Positions 51,869 to 63,560 are shown, numbered from the stretch's first letter. The stretch: DNA of 64,000 nucleotides from an uncultured Spirochaetota bacterium (GCA_963745235.1 CAVUXE010000022.1:32001-96000), one strand, 5' to 3'. Numbers and translations: made by a program. Notes: generated by a model not told the origin, from the letters alone.

Positions 51869-53115
51869 CGACCAAGCTGTTTCGCAACGCCCGCATCTGG
51901 ACCCCCGTGGACAAGGGCGGAGGCACCCCTGTTTCGGGCCCGCGGCAGGGCGAGCTTTCGCGGTGGGACCCCGGCGCCCTCGTGTGCCATGAGGGCAGGA
52001 TCACCGCGATCGGCGACGAGCGGGATGTTGTAAAGGGAGTCGCCGCGAGCGACATTGAGGAGATCGATTGCCGCGGGCGCTGCCTCGTGCCCGGCTTCGT
52101 GGATCCCCACACGCACATGTGCTTCTGTCGGGCGAGGGAAGAGGAGTTCAGCGCCAGGCTGGACGGCGCTGACTACCTGGAGATCCTGAAGGCCGGGGGC
52201 GGGATCCTCTCTTCTGTCCGGGAGGTGCGTTCTGCTTCCGAGGAGGAGCTCTTTCGGCTGACACGCGCGCGCGCGTTGTCCGCGCTGCGCCACGGGACAA
52301 CCACCGTCGAAATCAAATCAGGGTATGGCCTGGACGTCGGGTCCGAGCTCAAGCAGCTTCGCGTCATTGCGAGGGTTGCACGCGAGACTCCGCTTCGCGT
52401 GGTTCCGACTTTCCTCGGCGCGCACGCGGTCCCGCCCGAGTATGAGGGCAGGGCGGACGCCTATGTCGACCTCATCATCTCCGAGATGATCCCGGCGGTG
52501 TCCGAGGCAGGCCTTGCAAGGTTCTGCGATGTCTTCTGCGAGCAGGGAGTCTTCACGGTTTCGCAAGCCCGCAGGGTCCTGGGGGCGGCGCGCGCGGCCG
52601 GCTTGGGCCTCAAGCTGCACGCGGATGAGCTTTCCGGGACGGGCGGCGCCGAGCTTGCCGCCTCCCTGCAGGCGGCCTCCGCGGATCACCTCCTTGCGGC
52701 ATCCGAGTCCGGGCTCAGGGCCATGGCGGGCGCGGGAGTCGTGGGCGTTCTCCTGCCCGGCACCGCCTACGCCATGAGAAAGCCATACGCGCCTGCCAGG
52801 AAGATGATTGCCATGAACGTCCCCGTGGCGGTCGCCACGGACTGCAATCCCGGCTCGTCGTTCACCGAGTCAGTGCCTTTCATCTTCGGCCTGGCGGTGC
52901 TGCAGATGGGCCTGAGCGCAGCGGAAGCGCTCAACGCCTGCACCCTGAACGCGGCGTGCGCGGTGGGGATGGGGCGGGAAACGGGAAGTCTTTCACCGGG
53001 GAAAAGAGCGGACTTCCTCCTCCTTGAAGGGGAGACCCCCGCCATCCTGGCGTTCCATGCAGGGGTTCCGCCCGTTTCCCAGGTGTACGTTGAAGGAAAG
53101 GTCGCATGGCAGTGA
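51865..53115 (+). CDS. hutI: Imidazolonepropionase
   Basis: PGFVDPHTH, GGGILSSV, EIKSGYGL, DVFCE, HADEL, ATDCNPGSS. Confidence 0.96.
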   Translation: MTTKLFRNARIWTPVDKGGGTPVSGPRQGELSRWDPGALVCHEGRITAIGDERDVVKGVAASDIEEIDCRGRCLVPGFVDPHTHMCFCRAREEEFSARLDGADYLEILKAGGGILSSVREVRSASEEELFRLTRARALSALRHGTTTVEIKSGYGLDVGSELKQLRVIARVARETPLRVVPTFLGAHAVPPEYEGRADAYVDLIISEMIPAVSEAGLARFCDVFCEQGVFTVSQARRVLGAARAAGLGLKLHADELSGTGGAELAASLQAASADHLLAASESGLRAMAGAGVVGVLLPGTAYAMRKPYAPARKMIAMNVPVAVATDCNPGSSFTESVPFIFGLAVLQMGLSAAEALNACTLNAACAVGMGRETGSLSPGKRADFLLLEGETPAILAFHAGVPPVSQVYVEGKVAWQ

Positions 53116-53750
53116 GCCTCATCACGATGTCACTGGAAGACTTCCTGAAGGAGCTGGGCTCCTCGTCTCCCGCGCCCGGGGGTGGCAGCGTTGCCGCGCT
53201 CGCGGGCGCGCTGGCAGCGGCGCTGTGCGTGATGGTGTCGGGTCTGACCGCCGGAAAAGAAAAGTGCCGGGATTCCTGGGAGGACATGGAGAAGGTCGGC
53301 CGCGAAGCCGCGGCCCTGGAGGAGCGGTTGCGGAATCTCGTTGACGAGGACACGGCGGCGTTCCGCGCGGTCATGGACGCGCGCAGGCTTCCACGCGGGA
53401 CGACGGCGGAGCGTGAAACCAGGGAGCGCGCGCTTCGGGAAGCGGTCCTCCGATCCGCGAGAGCTCCGTTTGCAACGCTTTCCGCCCTGCGGGAGCTGTC
53501 CATGCTCGCCCGGCTTGCCGCGGACAGGGGCAACCCGGCCTGCGTCACGGATGCCGGCTCGGCCGCCCAGCTGATCCGGGCCGGTGCCATGAGCGCTGCC
53601 TACAATGTCCGCGTCAATCTGCCCGCCCTCGCGGACCCTGCCGTTCGGCAGGAGCTTTCCGGCAGGACAACGAACATCCTTCAGGAGGTGCTGGATGAGA
53701 GCCAGAGGACAGAAGCCATTGTCGAAACCCGGCTCGCCCTCGCTCCCTGA
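53106..53750 (+). CDS. Formiminotetrahydrofolate cyclodeaminase/cyclohydrolase family protein
   Basis: SSSPAPGGGSVAAL, LVDEDTAAF, GNPACVTDA, NVRVNL. Confidence 0.9.
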   Translation: MAVSLITMSLEDFLKELGSSSPAPGGGSVAALAGALAAALCVMVSGLTAGKEKCRDSWEDMEKVGREAAALEERLRNLVDEDTAAFRAVMDARRLPRGTTAERETRERALREAVLRSARAPFATLSALRELSMLARLAADRGNPACVTDAGSAAQLIRAGAMSAAYNVRVNLPALADPAVRQELSGRTTNILQEVLDESQRTEAIVETRLALAP

Positions 53751-53760
53751 GGAGACGCGG

Positions 53761-55290
53761 ATGGAAACCATCACGATCGGCGGAAAGCCCCTGGACATCG
53801 AGGCACTCGTTGCCATTGCACGACGCGGAGCGCCTGTTCAGCTGGATGAGTCCGCGCGCCAGCGGGTCACCCGGGCGCGGGAGCTGGTGGAGAAATGGGT
53901 TCACGAGGGGAGGGCGGTCTACGGCGTGACCACGGGCTTCGGCGCGCTGTGCGAGGTTGCCATTGCGGAAGACCAGACACGAACCCTGCAGGAGAACATC
54001 CTCATGAGCCACGCCGCGGGTGTCGGAAGCCCTTTCCCCGCGGAGGTGGTGCGCGCGGCGCTGGCAACCCGGGTGCAGGACCTCTCCCAGGGCCATGCGG
54101 GAGTGAAGCTTGAGACCCTCCAGGCCCTTGTGGACCTCCTGAACTCCGGAGTGTGCCCTGTTGTGCCGGAGAAAGGCTCGGTGGGCGCCAGCGGAGACCT
54201 TGCTCCCATGGCGCACGCCGCCCTGGTCCTCATCGGCAAGGGGGAAGCGTTCTACCGCGGCGCTCGCATGAGCGGCCGGGAGGCGCTTTCCGCCGCGGAC
54301 CTGCACCCTGTCCTCCTGGATGCGGGTGAAGGCCTTGCGCTCATCAACGGCACCCAGTTCATGGCCGGCATCGGCGGGCTTGCCGTGAACGACGCGGCCC
54401 GGCTCGCCCGGACAGCGGACATCGCCTGCTCCATCAGCCTGGAGGTCCTGATGGGGACCAACGTGGAGTTCGACCCCCGCATCCACAAGGCCCGTCCTCA
54501 TCCCGGGCAGGCGGCGGTGGCCGACAATATGTATCGGATCACGCAGGACAGCGCCATCATGTCATCTCACAAGGACTGCCACAGGATCCAGGACGCCTAC
54601 ACGCTGCGCTGCTCCCCGCAGGTCCACGGGGCAAGCCGGGACGCCATCTCGCACGTGAGAGGCGTGTTCGAAACGGAGCTCGCCTCCTGCACGACGAACC
54701 CGTTGATCTTCCCCGAGACGGGGGACTTCCTCCTGGGCGGCAATTTCCACGGCCAGCCCCTTGCCCTTGCGGCGGACTACCTGTGCATGGCCGCCTCGGA
54801 GCTTGCCAGCATCTCCGAGCGGCGCATCGAGAGACTCGTCAATCCGCAGCTGAGCGGGTTGCCGGCCTTCCTTGTTACGGACTCCGGGGTGAACTCGGGC
54901 TTCATGATTGCGCAGTACACGGCCGCGGCGCTCGTCTCGGAGAACAAGGTGCTGTCCCACCCGGCGTGCGTGGACTCCATCCCGACCTCAGCGAACAAGG
55001 AGGACCACGTCAGCATGGGCACCATCTCGGTGCGCAAGTGCAGGTCCGTCATCGCGAACGCGGAGGCGGTGATCGCCATCGAGCTGTTGTGCGGCTGCCA
55101 GGCTCTGGACCTTCTCACGAAGGGCAGACCGGGCCGGGGAACCGAGGCTGCCTACCGGGTCGTCCGCGAGCGTGTCCCGCGGCTCGACGCGGATCGCGTT
55201 CTCTCACAGGACATCGAGACCATGGTGGAGCTGCTGCGTGACGGCGGGATCATCCAGGAGGTCCAGCGGGCGGTCGGACCGCTCACATGA
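53761..55290 (+). CDS. hutH: Histidine ammonia-lyase
   Basis: YGVTTGFG, GSVGASGDLAP (MIO ASG), QDAYTLRC, GGNFHG, EDHVSMG. Confidence 0.96.
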   Translation: METITIGGKPLDIEALVAIARRGAPVQLDESARQRVTRARELVEKWVHEGRAVYGVTTGFGALCEVAIAEDQTRTLQENILMSHAAGVGSPFPAEVVRAALATRVQDLSQGHAGVKLETLQALVDLLNSGVCPVVPEKGSVGASGDLAPMAHAALVLIGKGEAFYRGARMSGREALSAADLHPVLLDAGEGLALINGTQFMAGIGGLAVNDAARLARTADIACSISLEVLMGTNVEFDPRIHKARPHPGQAAVADNMYRITQDSAIMSSHKDCHRIQDAYTLRCSPQVHGASRDAISHVRGVFETELASCTTNPLIFPETGDFLLGGNFHGQPLALAADYLCMAASELASISERRIERLVNPQLSGLPAFLVTDSGVNSGFMIAQYTAAALVSENKVLSHPACVDSIPTSANKEDHVSMGTISVRKCRSVIANAEAVIAIELLCGCQALDLLTKGRPGRGTEAAYRVVRERVPRLDADRVLSQDIETMVELLRDGGIIQEVQRAVGPLT

Positions 55291-58200
55291 CCTCCGCGTT
55301 GTGCAGGTATTTCTGATACTCCTCCCGGACCCTCTCCAGCCGGCGTGACAGCCGGGAGACGAGCTGGTCCGCCGTTGCTGCGCCTCCCAGCATCAACCGC
55401 GCGAGGGCCCGCAGCTGACCGGGATCGCTGGGAAGGCTGTGCGTCTGTCGGTCCTCGTAGATCTGGAGGAAATGCTCCACGCGCCGCAGGAAGATGTAGT
55501 CCCCGGAGAGGCCCTCCACTGTCTCCCGGGAGAGGATGCCTGCCGCGCCCAGCGCACGCAAGGCGGGAAGCGTTCCGCCCTGCAGGAGCTCGGGCATCTT
55601 CCGCGCGTGGACAAGCTGCAGTCCCTGGGCAAGGAACTCTATGTCGCGCAGCCCGCCGAGGCCGGTCTTGATGTCGGTGGTTGTGAGGATGCTTCGCGAC
55701 AGAGCGCGCAGCGCTTCCGTTCGCAGCCGGTCGATGGATGAGGCGATCTCTGCCGGAGCGTGGGCGGACAGGAGCACTTCCTGCGCCGAGCGGAGAAATG
55801 CCCGCCCGAGCTCGGCGTCCCCCGCCACCGGTCTTGCCTTGAGAAGCGCCTGCACCTCCCAGAGCGCGGCATGGCGGGAGTAATACGTGCGAAGCGATTC
55901 CAGGGAGAACACGAGCTGCCCTGAGCTGCCGTAGGGCCGCAGGCGGAGGTCGACGCGATACGCGTACCCCTCTGTCGTGTGGGCGGAGAGGTCGGCTCGC
56001 AGCGCCTCCATGACGGGCGCGGCGGCCTCCGCGTCAGTCTCATCTCCGCTGCAGAGGCCCAGGAGATCGATGTCGGAGCTGTAGTTGAGCTCCCGGCCGC
56101 CGAGCTTTCCGAATGCGACGACACAGAATGCCGGCAGGCGGCCTGCGCCGGTTGCGCGCGCGGCCTTCAGCCTTCTCTCCAGGGCCGCCCCTATGACGCC
56201 GTCCGCCAGGTCCGAGATTTCCTCCATGATCCGCTGCGTTGGTGCGCCGAGGCACATGTCCCGGGCACCGATGCGCAGGATCTCCCGCCTGCGGTAGCGC
56301 CGCAGCGCATCCACCCAGGCGGCGTGCTCCGGAGTCTGCTCCGAAATATCGGCAAGCTCCGCGGAGATCTCCTCCGCGTTGCGGGGCACGTTCAGCACGT
56401 CCCGTCTCCCGATGTAGTCGAGAAACTCTGGATTTCGCACCAGCGTATCCGCGAGAAACTGGCTGGCGGAACAGATGGAAAGAAGGATCTCCAGCCGCAT
56501 GGGCTGGGACAACATCTGGCGAAGGTGGGCGGCGGGGTCGGAAAGGGAATGGAGGAACCTCTCCCAGTTGTTGAGCGCCATGTCGGGATCCGGCCGCTGG
56601 GCCAGGACATCCGTGGCAAGGATTGCAAGCCGCGCAAAGAGCGCGCGCCTGTCCGCCTCTCCCGCGATCTGGCGCAGGTTGAGCACGGCACGGGCCGGAT
56701 TTGCAAAACCCTTTTCCGCCAGGGCGGCCTCCGCCAGCTCGAAGGGAACCGTATTCGAGAGGACGATGTCCGCAACGGTGATCTTGGGAACGCCGGGGAG
56801 CGTTTCCCGGCCGAAGTATCGTTCCACGAACGCGCGCACCTCCGCGCTGTGCGTCTCGAAGTCCAGGTGAAGCTTTCTCGCGGGACCGATGTCGGGGTCG
56901 GGCGGGTACCCCATGCGGCGCGCGAGGTGCAGATACTCGTCCGAGTCCAGCCCGGGAAGAAACAGGTCCTGCGCCGAGCCGCGCAGCATCCGCAGGCCGT
57001 TGATCAGGTGCCGGAAGAACCTGTACGCGGACACCAGCTCCTCCGCCTCTCCCGCGTCGAGCACGCCGATGGAGGCGAGGGCATCCAGCGCCTCGTGGAT
57101 GCGGGGCGTGCGCAGCCGCGCCTCCGCCGCTCCATAGGTGACCTGGAGGGCCTGGACCGCGTACTCCAGGTCTACCAGGGCCCCGGGGCTGAACTTTGCG
57201 TTCAACCTGCCGCGCTGGACCTTTTCCTGCGCCTGCTTGAGCCGGATGTCGCGCAGCTCCGCGAGGTCGATGCTGCGCGCCGCGTACACCATCTCGTCAC
57301 GGAGGCGCTCAACCTGGCGGCCGAATGCCTTGTCTCCCCCCACGGCGCGCAGGCGCACCAGGGAGAGCCGCTCATAGGAATGGGACCCTCCCCCCGGGAC
57401 GTAATAGGTGCAGAAGCTCTCCAGGCTGCATGCGAGCGGGCCGGATGCGCCGAAGGGCCGCAGGCGAAGGTCCATATGGAAGATCCCTTCGCGCTTGGCG
57501 TGCACCAGCCGCAGCACCTCCCGCACGAGGCTGTCGAAGAACTCAGCGTTGCCGATGACCTCCGGGCCCTCCGTGAAGCCGCTGTCGCTGTACACGAACA
57601 GAAGCTCGATGTCGGATGCGTACCCCAGGGCCGCGCCGCCGAGCTTCCCGAGCCCCATGATGGCGAGCCTCACCGGCAGCCCGGCAACGGTGCGCGGCTG
57701 TCCGAATCTCGCGGCGAGCTGGCGCCAGGCGCATGAGGCCGCCGCGTCGACCACCACTTCCGCAAGCGCCGTGAGCCGCCTGCTCAGCGTGAGGAAGTCC
57801 GAGATGAAGGACTCCTCGTTTGCGGAAGACCTGCGCTGCGGAGCAAGGATGTGGTCCAGATCGAAGAGATAGATTTCCCTGTCCTTGAACTCGTTCAACC
57901 TCCGTGCAAGCTCCTCGGGGTTGGCAGCGCCGGCCAGGGCCATCTCCAGTCTCTCGGGGAGGAGCTCGAGAGGCTCGACGAGACTCTTTCCCGGGACACC
58001 GGGTCCGAGGAGCGGAATCAGCTCCTCGTACTGCAGGCGGACAAAATCCTCCCAGAGAAAGGAGCTTGCGCCCAGGAGCTGCGCGAGGTCCCGCAGGACG
58101 CTCTGGCTGGAGAGAAGCTCCACCCAGCGGGCCTGCCCCGGTGCGGAAACGATGTCCTTCACGAGCTGCTCGAATCTCAGCAGCGCCGCCAACGGGTCCG

Positions 58201-59051
58201 ATGCGCTGCCCAGGAACGAGGTGAACTGCTTTGTGAGAAGGACCGAGAGCTTGATGCCATCCAATCGGGACTGGTCCGTTATCGGTCTCCCCGCCCCGTC
58301 CACGAGCTCCAGCTCGTCCTCGATCCTTCCCTGCTCCGTCCTGATGATGACGCTTTCAATGGAAACGTCCTGCAGGGAAAGGGCGGTGGAGAAGGCATAG
58401 AGGAAAAAGGGGGTATCCTGCGCCTTCACGCGCATGCGGGTGCGCGCCACCGGTGATCCGTCAAAGCCCAGCTCAATTCGCACGGGGTAGAGAACGCCCT
58501 GGGCTTCCAGCTTCAGATCGGCAAGCTTTTCGGCAGCCATCTCGTTCACCGTTTGCCGCGCGCGCGCCGCGGCTTCCCCGCCCTGTTCCAACGCCGCGAA
58601 GATTCCCGGCAAGGGTGGCGGACAGTCTTTCCAGCCACGTCTCGTCTTCGGCGGCACCGGCTCCCGTCACCGTGAGCTGGTCGATGATACGCTTGCGCCG
58701 AAGCGCCCCGTCACGGGGAGTTCGCTCGTCAGGGGGGGCCCAGGTGAAGATGTCCCCGGACAGGATGTTGAAGCCCATGGCGGAGAGGACCCCGGCGATG
58801 AGGGAGAAGGCCCCCAGGTGGTCGAAGGCGAGGACCGTGCAGACGAGCGCGCCCGGTTCCCGCCGGCTGCCCAGGACCTTGACCGGCACTCCGGTTCCCA
58901 GGCTCGCGAGCCCCGCGATCTGAGAGGCGATCTCATCCTCGGAAAACCGCGTGAAGTAGCGCTCATCCAGGCGCCGCAGGTGCTCGTCCACGACGCGCGG
59001 ATCCACCGTGGCGAGGCGGGCCTTGATGCGCTCCACGAGAGCCGCAGGCAT
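55283..59051 (-). CDS. glnE: Glutamine synthetase adenylyltransferase with two N-terminal GlnD-like ACT domains (about 1255 aa), frameshift near 58605
   Basis: Two NTase repeats (GLGKLGGAALGYASDIEL...DLRLRPFG; FGKLGGRELNYSSDIDL...DLRLRPYG; KTGLGGLRDIEF); ACT-like TVLAFDHLGAFSLIAGVL..MGFNILSGDIFT and VKAQDTPFFLY...IRTEQGRIED. Confidence 0.88.
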
Positions 59052-59139
59052 GCGGCAAGCATACGTGGGCTGGCGGCCGTTGCCAAGGGAGGCCGGAGCG
59101 GTCGCGGAGAGTGCATATTCATGGGAGGATGCGTCACGT

Positions 59140-59763
59140 ATGCCGCGACAGAACCGAGTCAACCCATTCGGGGAGCTGATAGCCGCGGATTCCCGCGGCA
59201 CTTTGATGGGCAACCGCGGCTGCCTGCATGACGGAGAGCAGCGCATCCGACGGGCATTTGCCTGCGCGAGGTGGATCATCTGCGTGCTGGAGTTTCGTGG
59301 TCGACATCGAACCATCATGAGGCCCGGCCATTACACCGAGCTGTTCTTCCTCGATGAGGCCACGGCGCTGGCCGCCGGCCACCGGCCGTGCGCCGAGTGC
59401 CAGCGCGCGCGGTACAACCTCTTTCGCGAGACCTGGGCAGCGTCCCGACCGCAAGCCGACGAGATCGATCGGGTTCTCCACGCTGAGCGGCTGAACGCCG
59501 AGCGGCGGAAGCGCACGTACCTCGCCCCCGTGTCCGAGCTGCCCGCCGGCGTGTTTGTGGCGGATGGCGAGGGTATCCCGTACCTTGTGCTGGATGAGCG
59601 GCTCGTGCGGTGGGAGCCGGGTGGGTACACGCGGAGCATTCCCAAGCCTCCCGGCGCCGATTTTCAGGTGCTGACCCCGGCGTCGACCGTGCGGGCCATT
59701 TCGCTGGGATATCCGGTCACCTTCCATCCCTCGGCAAAGACGGCCGCGTCGCGGTCCGGGTGA
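59140..59763 (+). CDS. Conserved hypothetical protein with an Ada-like Cys motif
   Basis: QNRVNPFG...GNRGCLH...YTELFFLDEATALAAGHRPCAEC; SD GGAGG. Confidence 0.7.
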   Translation: MPRQNRVNPFGELIAADSRGTLMGNRGCLHDGEQRIRRAFACARWIICVLEFRGRHRTIMRPGHYTELFFLDEATALAAGHRPCAECQRARYNLFRETWAASRPQADEIDRVLHAERLNAERRKRTYLAPVSELPAGVFVADGEGIPYLVLDERLVRWEPGGYTRSIPKPPGADFQVLTPASTVRAISLGYPVTFHPSAKTAASRSG

Positions 59764-59773
59764 GGGGACGACT

Positions 59774-59942
59774 CGCCCCCGCGAAAAAGCGCCCCCGCGA
59801 AAAGCGCCCCCAGTGCAGGGAGGCACAAGGGGCGCTGAGACAGGGATGCGTAGCACGCCCGCCAGGGCGTGCGGAGGGCGGCAGCCGCTTGCGGAGCAAA
59901 CGGCGGGAGCCTCGAAAAGCGCCCCCCGCGCTTGCGGGGGGC
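59774..59942. repeat. Short direct repeats and stacked hairpins between convergent genes, including the probable glnA terminator
   Basis: CGCCCCCGCGAAAA(A)G at 59774 and 59790, partial copy at 59805, related GAAAAGCGCCCCCCGCG at 59914; hairpins at 59803-59836, 59853-59872 and 59921-59942 (the last is followed by a short T run on the minus strand). Confidence 0.7.
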
Positions 59943-59981
59943 AAAGAGGATAGGATCAGGAAGCTGAGGAGAAACGCCTTT

Positions 59982-61406
<1,425 letters not shown>

Positions 61407-61548
61407 TGTAAATGCCTCCTTGCCCATAATGCCCCTCCCGATCCCACGGCGTGCGGCGTACCCGCCGAACGGGTACGCCCGTACCGCGGGGGGCCACGGC
61501 CGAACGCCACAGGAGGGGTTGCGGGAAACACGTTCCCACCCGCCAGAA

Positions 61549-61685
61549 TGCAAACGCCATGCCAGGAGATGCCAGAGAGAGTAATTTATTACCACTAAAA
61601 GAAATAGGACGATTTCAAGTCCGGAATTCTGAGCCCACGGGGTACATAAATGTAGGACCGAAAACCGGGGGTATACGCAATTGTA
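61549..61685 (-). promoter_or_regulatory. Sigma54 promoter of glnA with an AT-rich spacer and two upstream palindromes
   Basis: TGGCATGGCGTTTGCA (-24/-12) at 61564-61549; AT-rich 61580-61620; TACATAAATGTA (61643-61654) and TACGCAATTGTA (61674-61685). Confidence 0.8.
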
Positions 61686-61786
61686 GCTTTCGTCGAACAC
61701 CTGTAATGCGACTCATCGCCGGGCGGCCAAACCGGCCAAACCACCCTTTGTTGCGCCGCCAGATCGCATGATGCTACACTCTGGCA

Positions 61787-62425
61787 GTGGAAAGCTACCT
61801 GGATGAGCTGCTGCAGCGGCACCCCGTGCTTGTCCCCTGCAGGGGCCATATCGAGAAGGCGTACGGTCTTCTTGTGGACTGCTATGAGAAAGGCGGCAAG
61901 CTTCTCCTGTGCGGAAACGGCGGCAGCGCCGCTGACTGCGAGCATATCGTTGGCGAGTTGATGAAGGGCTACCTGCACGCGCGGCCCCTGCCGGGGGAAG
62001 TCCGCGCGCGACTGGCGCAGGCTGATCCTGAGATGGGCAAGGCCCTGGGGGACACTCTCCAGGGTTCACTCCCCGCAATCGACCTCACCGCGGGGGTTTC
62101 TCTCAACAGCGCCTTCGGCAACGACGTTACCCCAGTGCACGCCTACGCGCAGGCAGCCTACGGACACGGGAAGCGCGGCGACGTTCTTCTCGGGTTGAGC
62201 ACCTCCGGCAACGCCGCGAACGTTCGGGCCGCCCTCTGCGTTGCGCGGGCCATGGGCATCTCCACCATCGGGATGACGGGGCTGGGGGGAGGCAGGATGG
62301 CCGGCCTGTGCGACGTGCTGATTGCGGTGCCTGCCCGCCGGACCTTCGAGATCCAGGAGCTGCATCTCCCCGTGTATCACTGCCTCTGCGCAATGGTGGA
62401 GGCCCATTTCTGGAGTGAGCGCTGA
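61787..62425 (+). CDS. SIS-domain phosphosugar isomerase (GmhA-like)
   Basis: CGNGGSAADCEHIVGELMKG, LSTSGNA, IQELHLPVYH. Confidence 0.88.
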   Translation: MESYLDELLQRHPVLVPCRGHIEKAYGLLVDCYEKGGKLLLCGNGGSAADCEHIVGELMKGYLHARPLPGEVRARLAQADPEMGKALGDTLQGSLPAIDLTAGVSLNSAFGNDVTPVHAYAQAAYGHGKRGDVLLGLSTSGNAANVRAALCVARAMGISTIGMTGLGGGRMAGLCDVLIAVPARRTFEIQELHLPVYHCLCAMVEAHFWSER

Positions 62426-63560
62426 CATCGAAAACACGGGGATCGACACCACCGAGATCGTGATAGAGAAGCTCGTGGCCGGCGGTGAGGGCCTCGGGTT
62501 CCTGGACGGCAAGGCGGTATTCGTGCCGGGGACGCTTCCCGGAGAGAAAGTCCGGGTGCGCCTGACCCAGCGCCACAGGGACTTCGACCGCGCATCCCTG
62601 CTTTCGGTGCTGGTCTCTTCCCCTGCCCGGCAGGAGCCGCCCTGCGCTCTTGCGGGGATATGCGGCGGCTGCGACTGGCTCCACGTGCGCTACGAAGAGC
62701 AGCTTGCGCAGAAAGTCTCGATAGTCCGGGAGGCCTTCCGAAGGGTCGGGCGGTTTGACTGGAAGGAAATCAGCATCCATGCAGGTCCCTCACTCGGCTA
62801 CCGCAATCGCGTGCAGATGCACCGCGATGGAGCCGGCCGGCTCGGGTTCATGGGCGCCGGCAGCCGCCGCGTGGTCCCCGTGGAAACCTGCCCCGTCTCT
62901 GACCGCGCAATCAATCGCGTTTTCGATTCGCCCGGGCTTGCGCCGGCGGATATGGACAGGTTCACCGTCTGGGGATGCGCAGACACAACCGCCGTCCAGG
63001 GAATGGACCGTGATGGCGAGGTCGCAGTCCGGGTGCTGGAGAAGGAGATTGTCTTTTCCGTTGACTGCTTCTTCCAATCCAACCTCTCCCTGGTGTCGCA
63101 GCTGGTTCCCTTCGTCATGAGCGGGCTGAGCGGGGAATCCGCGGCAGACCTCTACTGCGGGGTGGGCCTCTTCGGCGCGTTTCTGGCGGATCGTTTCTCG
63201 CGGGTGACCGCGGTGGAGTCCAGCTCTCTCAGCCTGTCATATGCCCGGCGGAACATGTCCGGCCCGGCGCATGACTTCTACCCAATGAGCGTCGAGCAAT
63301 GGATGGAATCCGGGGCGGCGCGGGGGAGGCTGGATGCGGTTGTCGTGGATCCTCCGAGGTCGGGGCTTGGCCCGGAGGTGCGCCGCTGGCTCACGCAGGC
63401 CATGCCGGGCAGGCTCATCTACGTTTCCTGCAACCCGGTGACGCTGGCGCGGGACCTGGGTGAGCTTGTGCGCTCCGGATTGACGCTGGAGGAGGTCGGG
63501 CTCTTCGATTTCTTTCCCCAGACCTCGCACATCGAAACGGCAGCCAGGCTTCGCATATGA
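62415..63560 (+). CDS. TRAM-domain RNA (uracil-5)-methyltransferase (RlmD/TrmA family)
   Basis: VFVPGTLPGE, CGGCDW, YRNR, FFQSN, DLYCGVG, DPPRSG, YVSCNP, FFPQTSHIE. Confidence 0.92.
   Translation: MSADIENTGIDTTEIVIEKLVAGGEGLGFLDGKAVFVPGTLPGEKVRVRLTQRHRDFDRASLLSVLVSSPARQEPPCALAGICGGCDWLHVRYEEQLAQKVSIVREAFRRVGRFDWKEISIHAGPSLGYRNRVQMHRDGAGRLGFMGAGSRRVVPVETCPVSDRAINRVFDSPGLAPADMDRFTVWGCADTTAVQGMDRDGEVAVRVLEKEIVFSVDCFFQSNLSLVSQLVPFVMSGLSGESAADLYCGVGLFGAFLADRFSRVTAVESSSLSLSYARRNMSGPAHDFYPMSVEQWMESGAARGRLDAVVVDPPRSGLGPEVRRWLTQAMPGRLIYVSCNPVTLARDLGELVRSGLTLEEVGLFDFFPQTSHIETAARLRI

Noticed and set aside
59774-59942. Possible mini-CRISPR array
   Set aside because: Units are about 15 bp, directly adjacent and lack unique spacers; no cas operon is nearby.
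61407-61540. Known glnA glutamine riboswitch
   Set aside because: The conserved GGAAGUA/GAAG junction motifs were not found by eye; kept only as an unclassified structured leader.
61407-61700. 98-aa N-terminal extension of GlnA in the ORF track
   Set aside because: It spans the sigma54 promoter and leader; the SD-supported start is at 61406.
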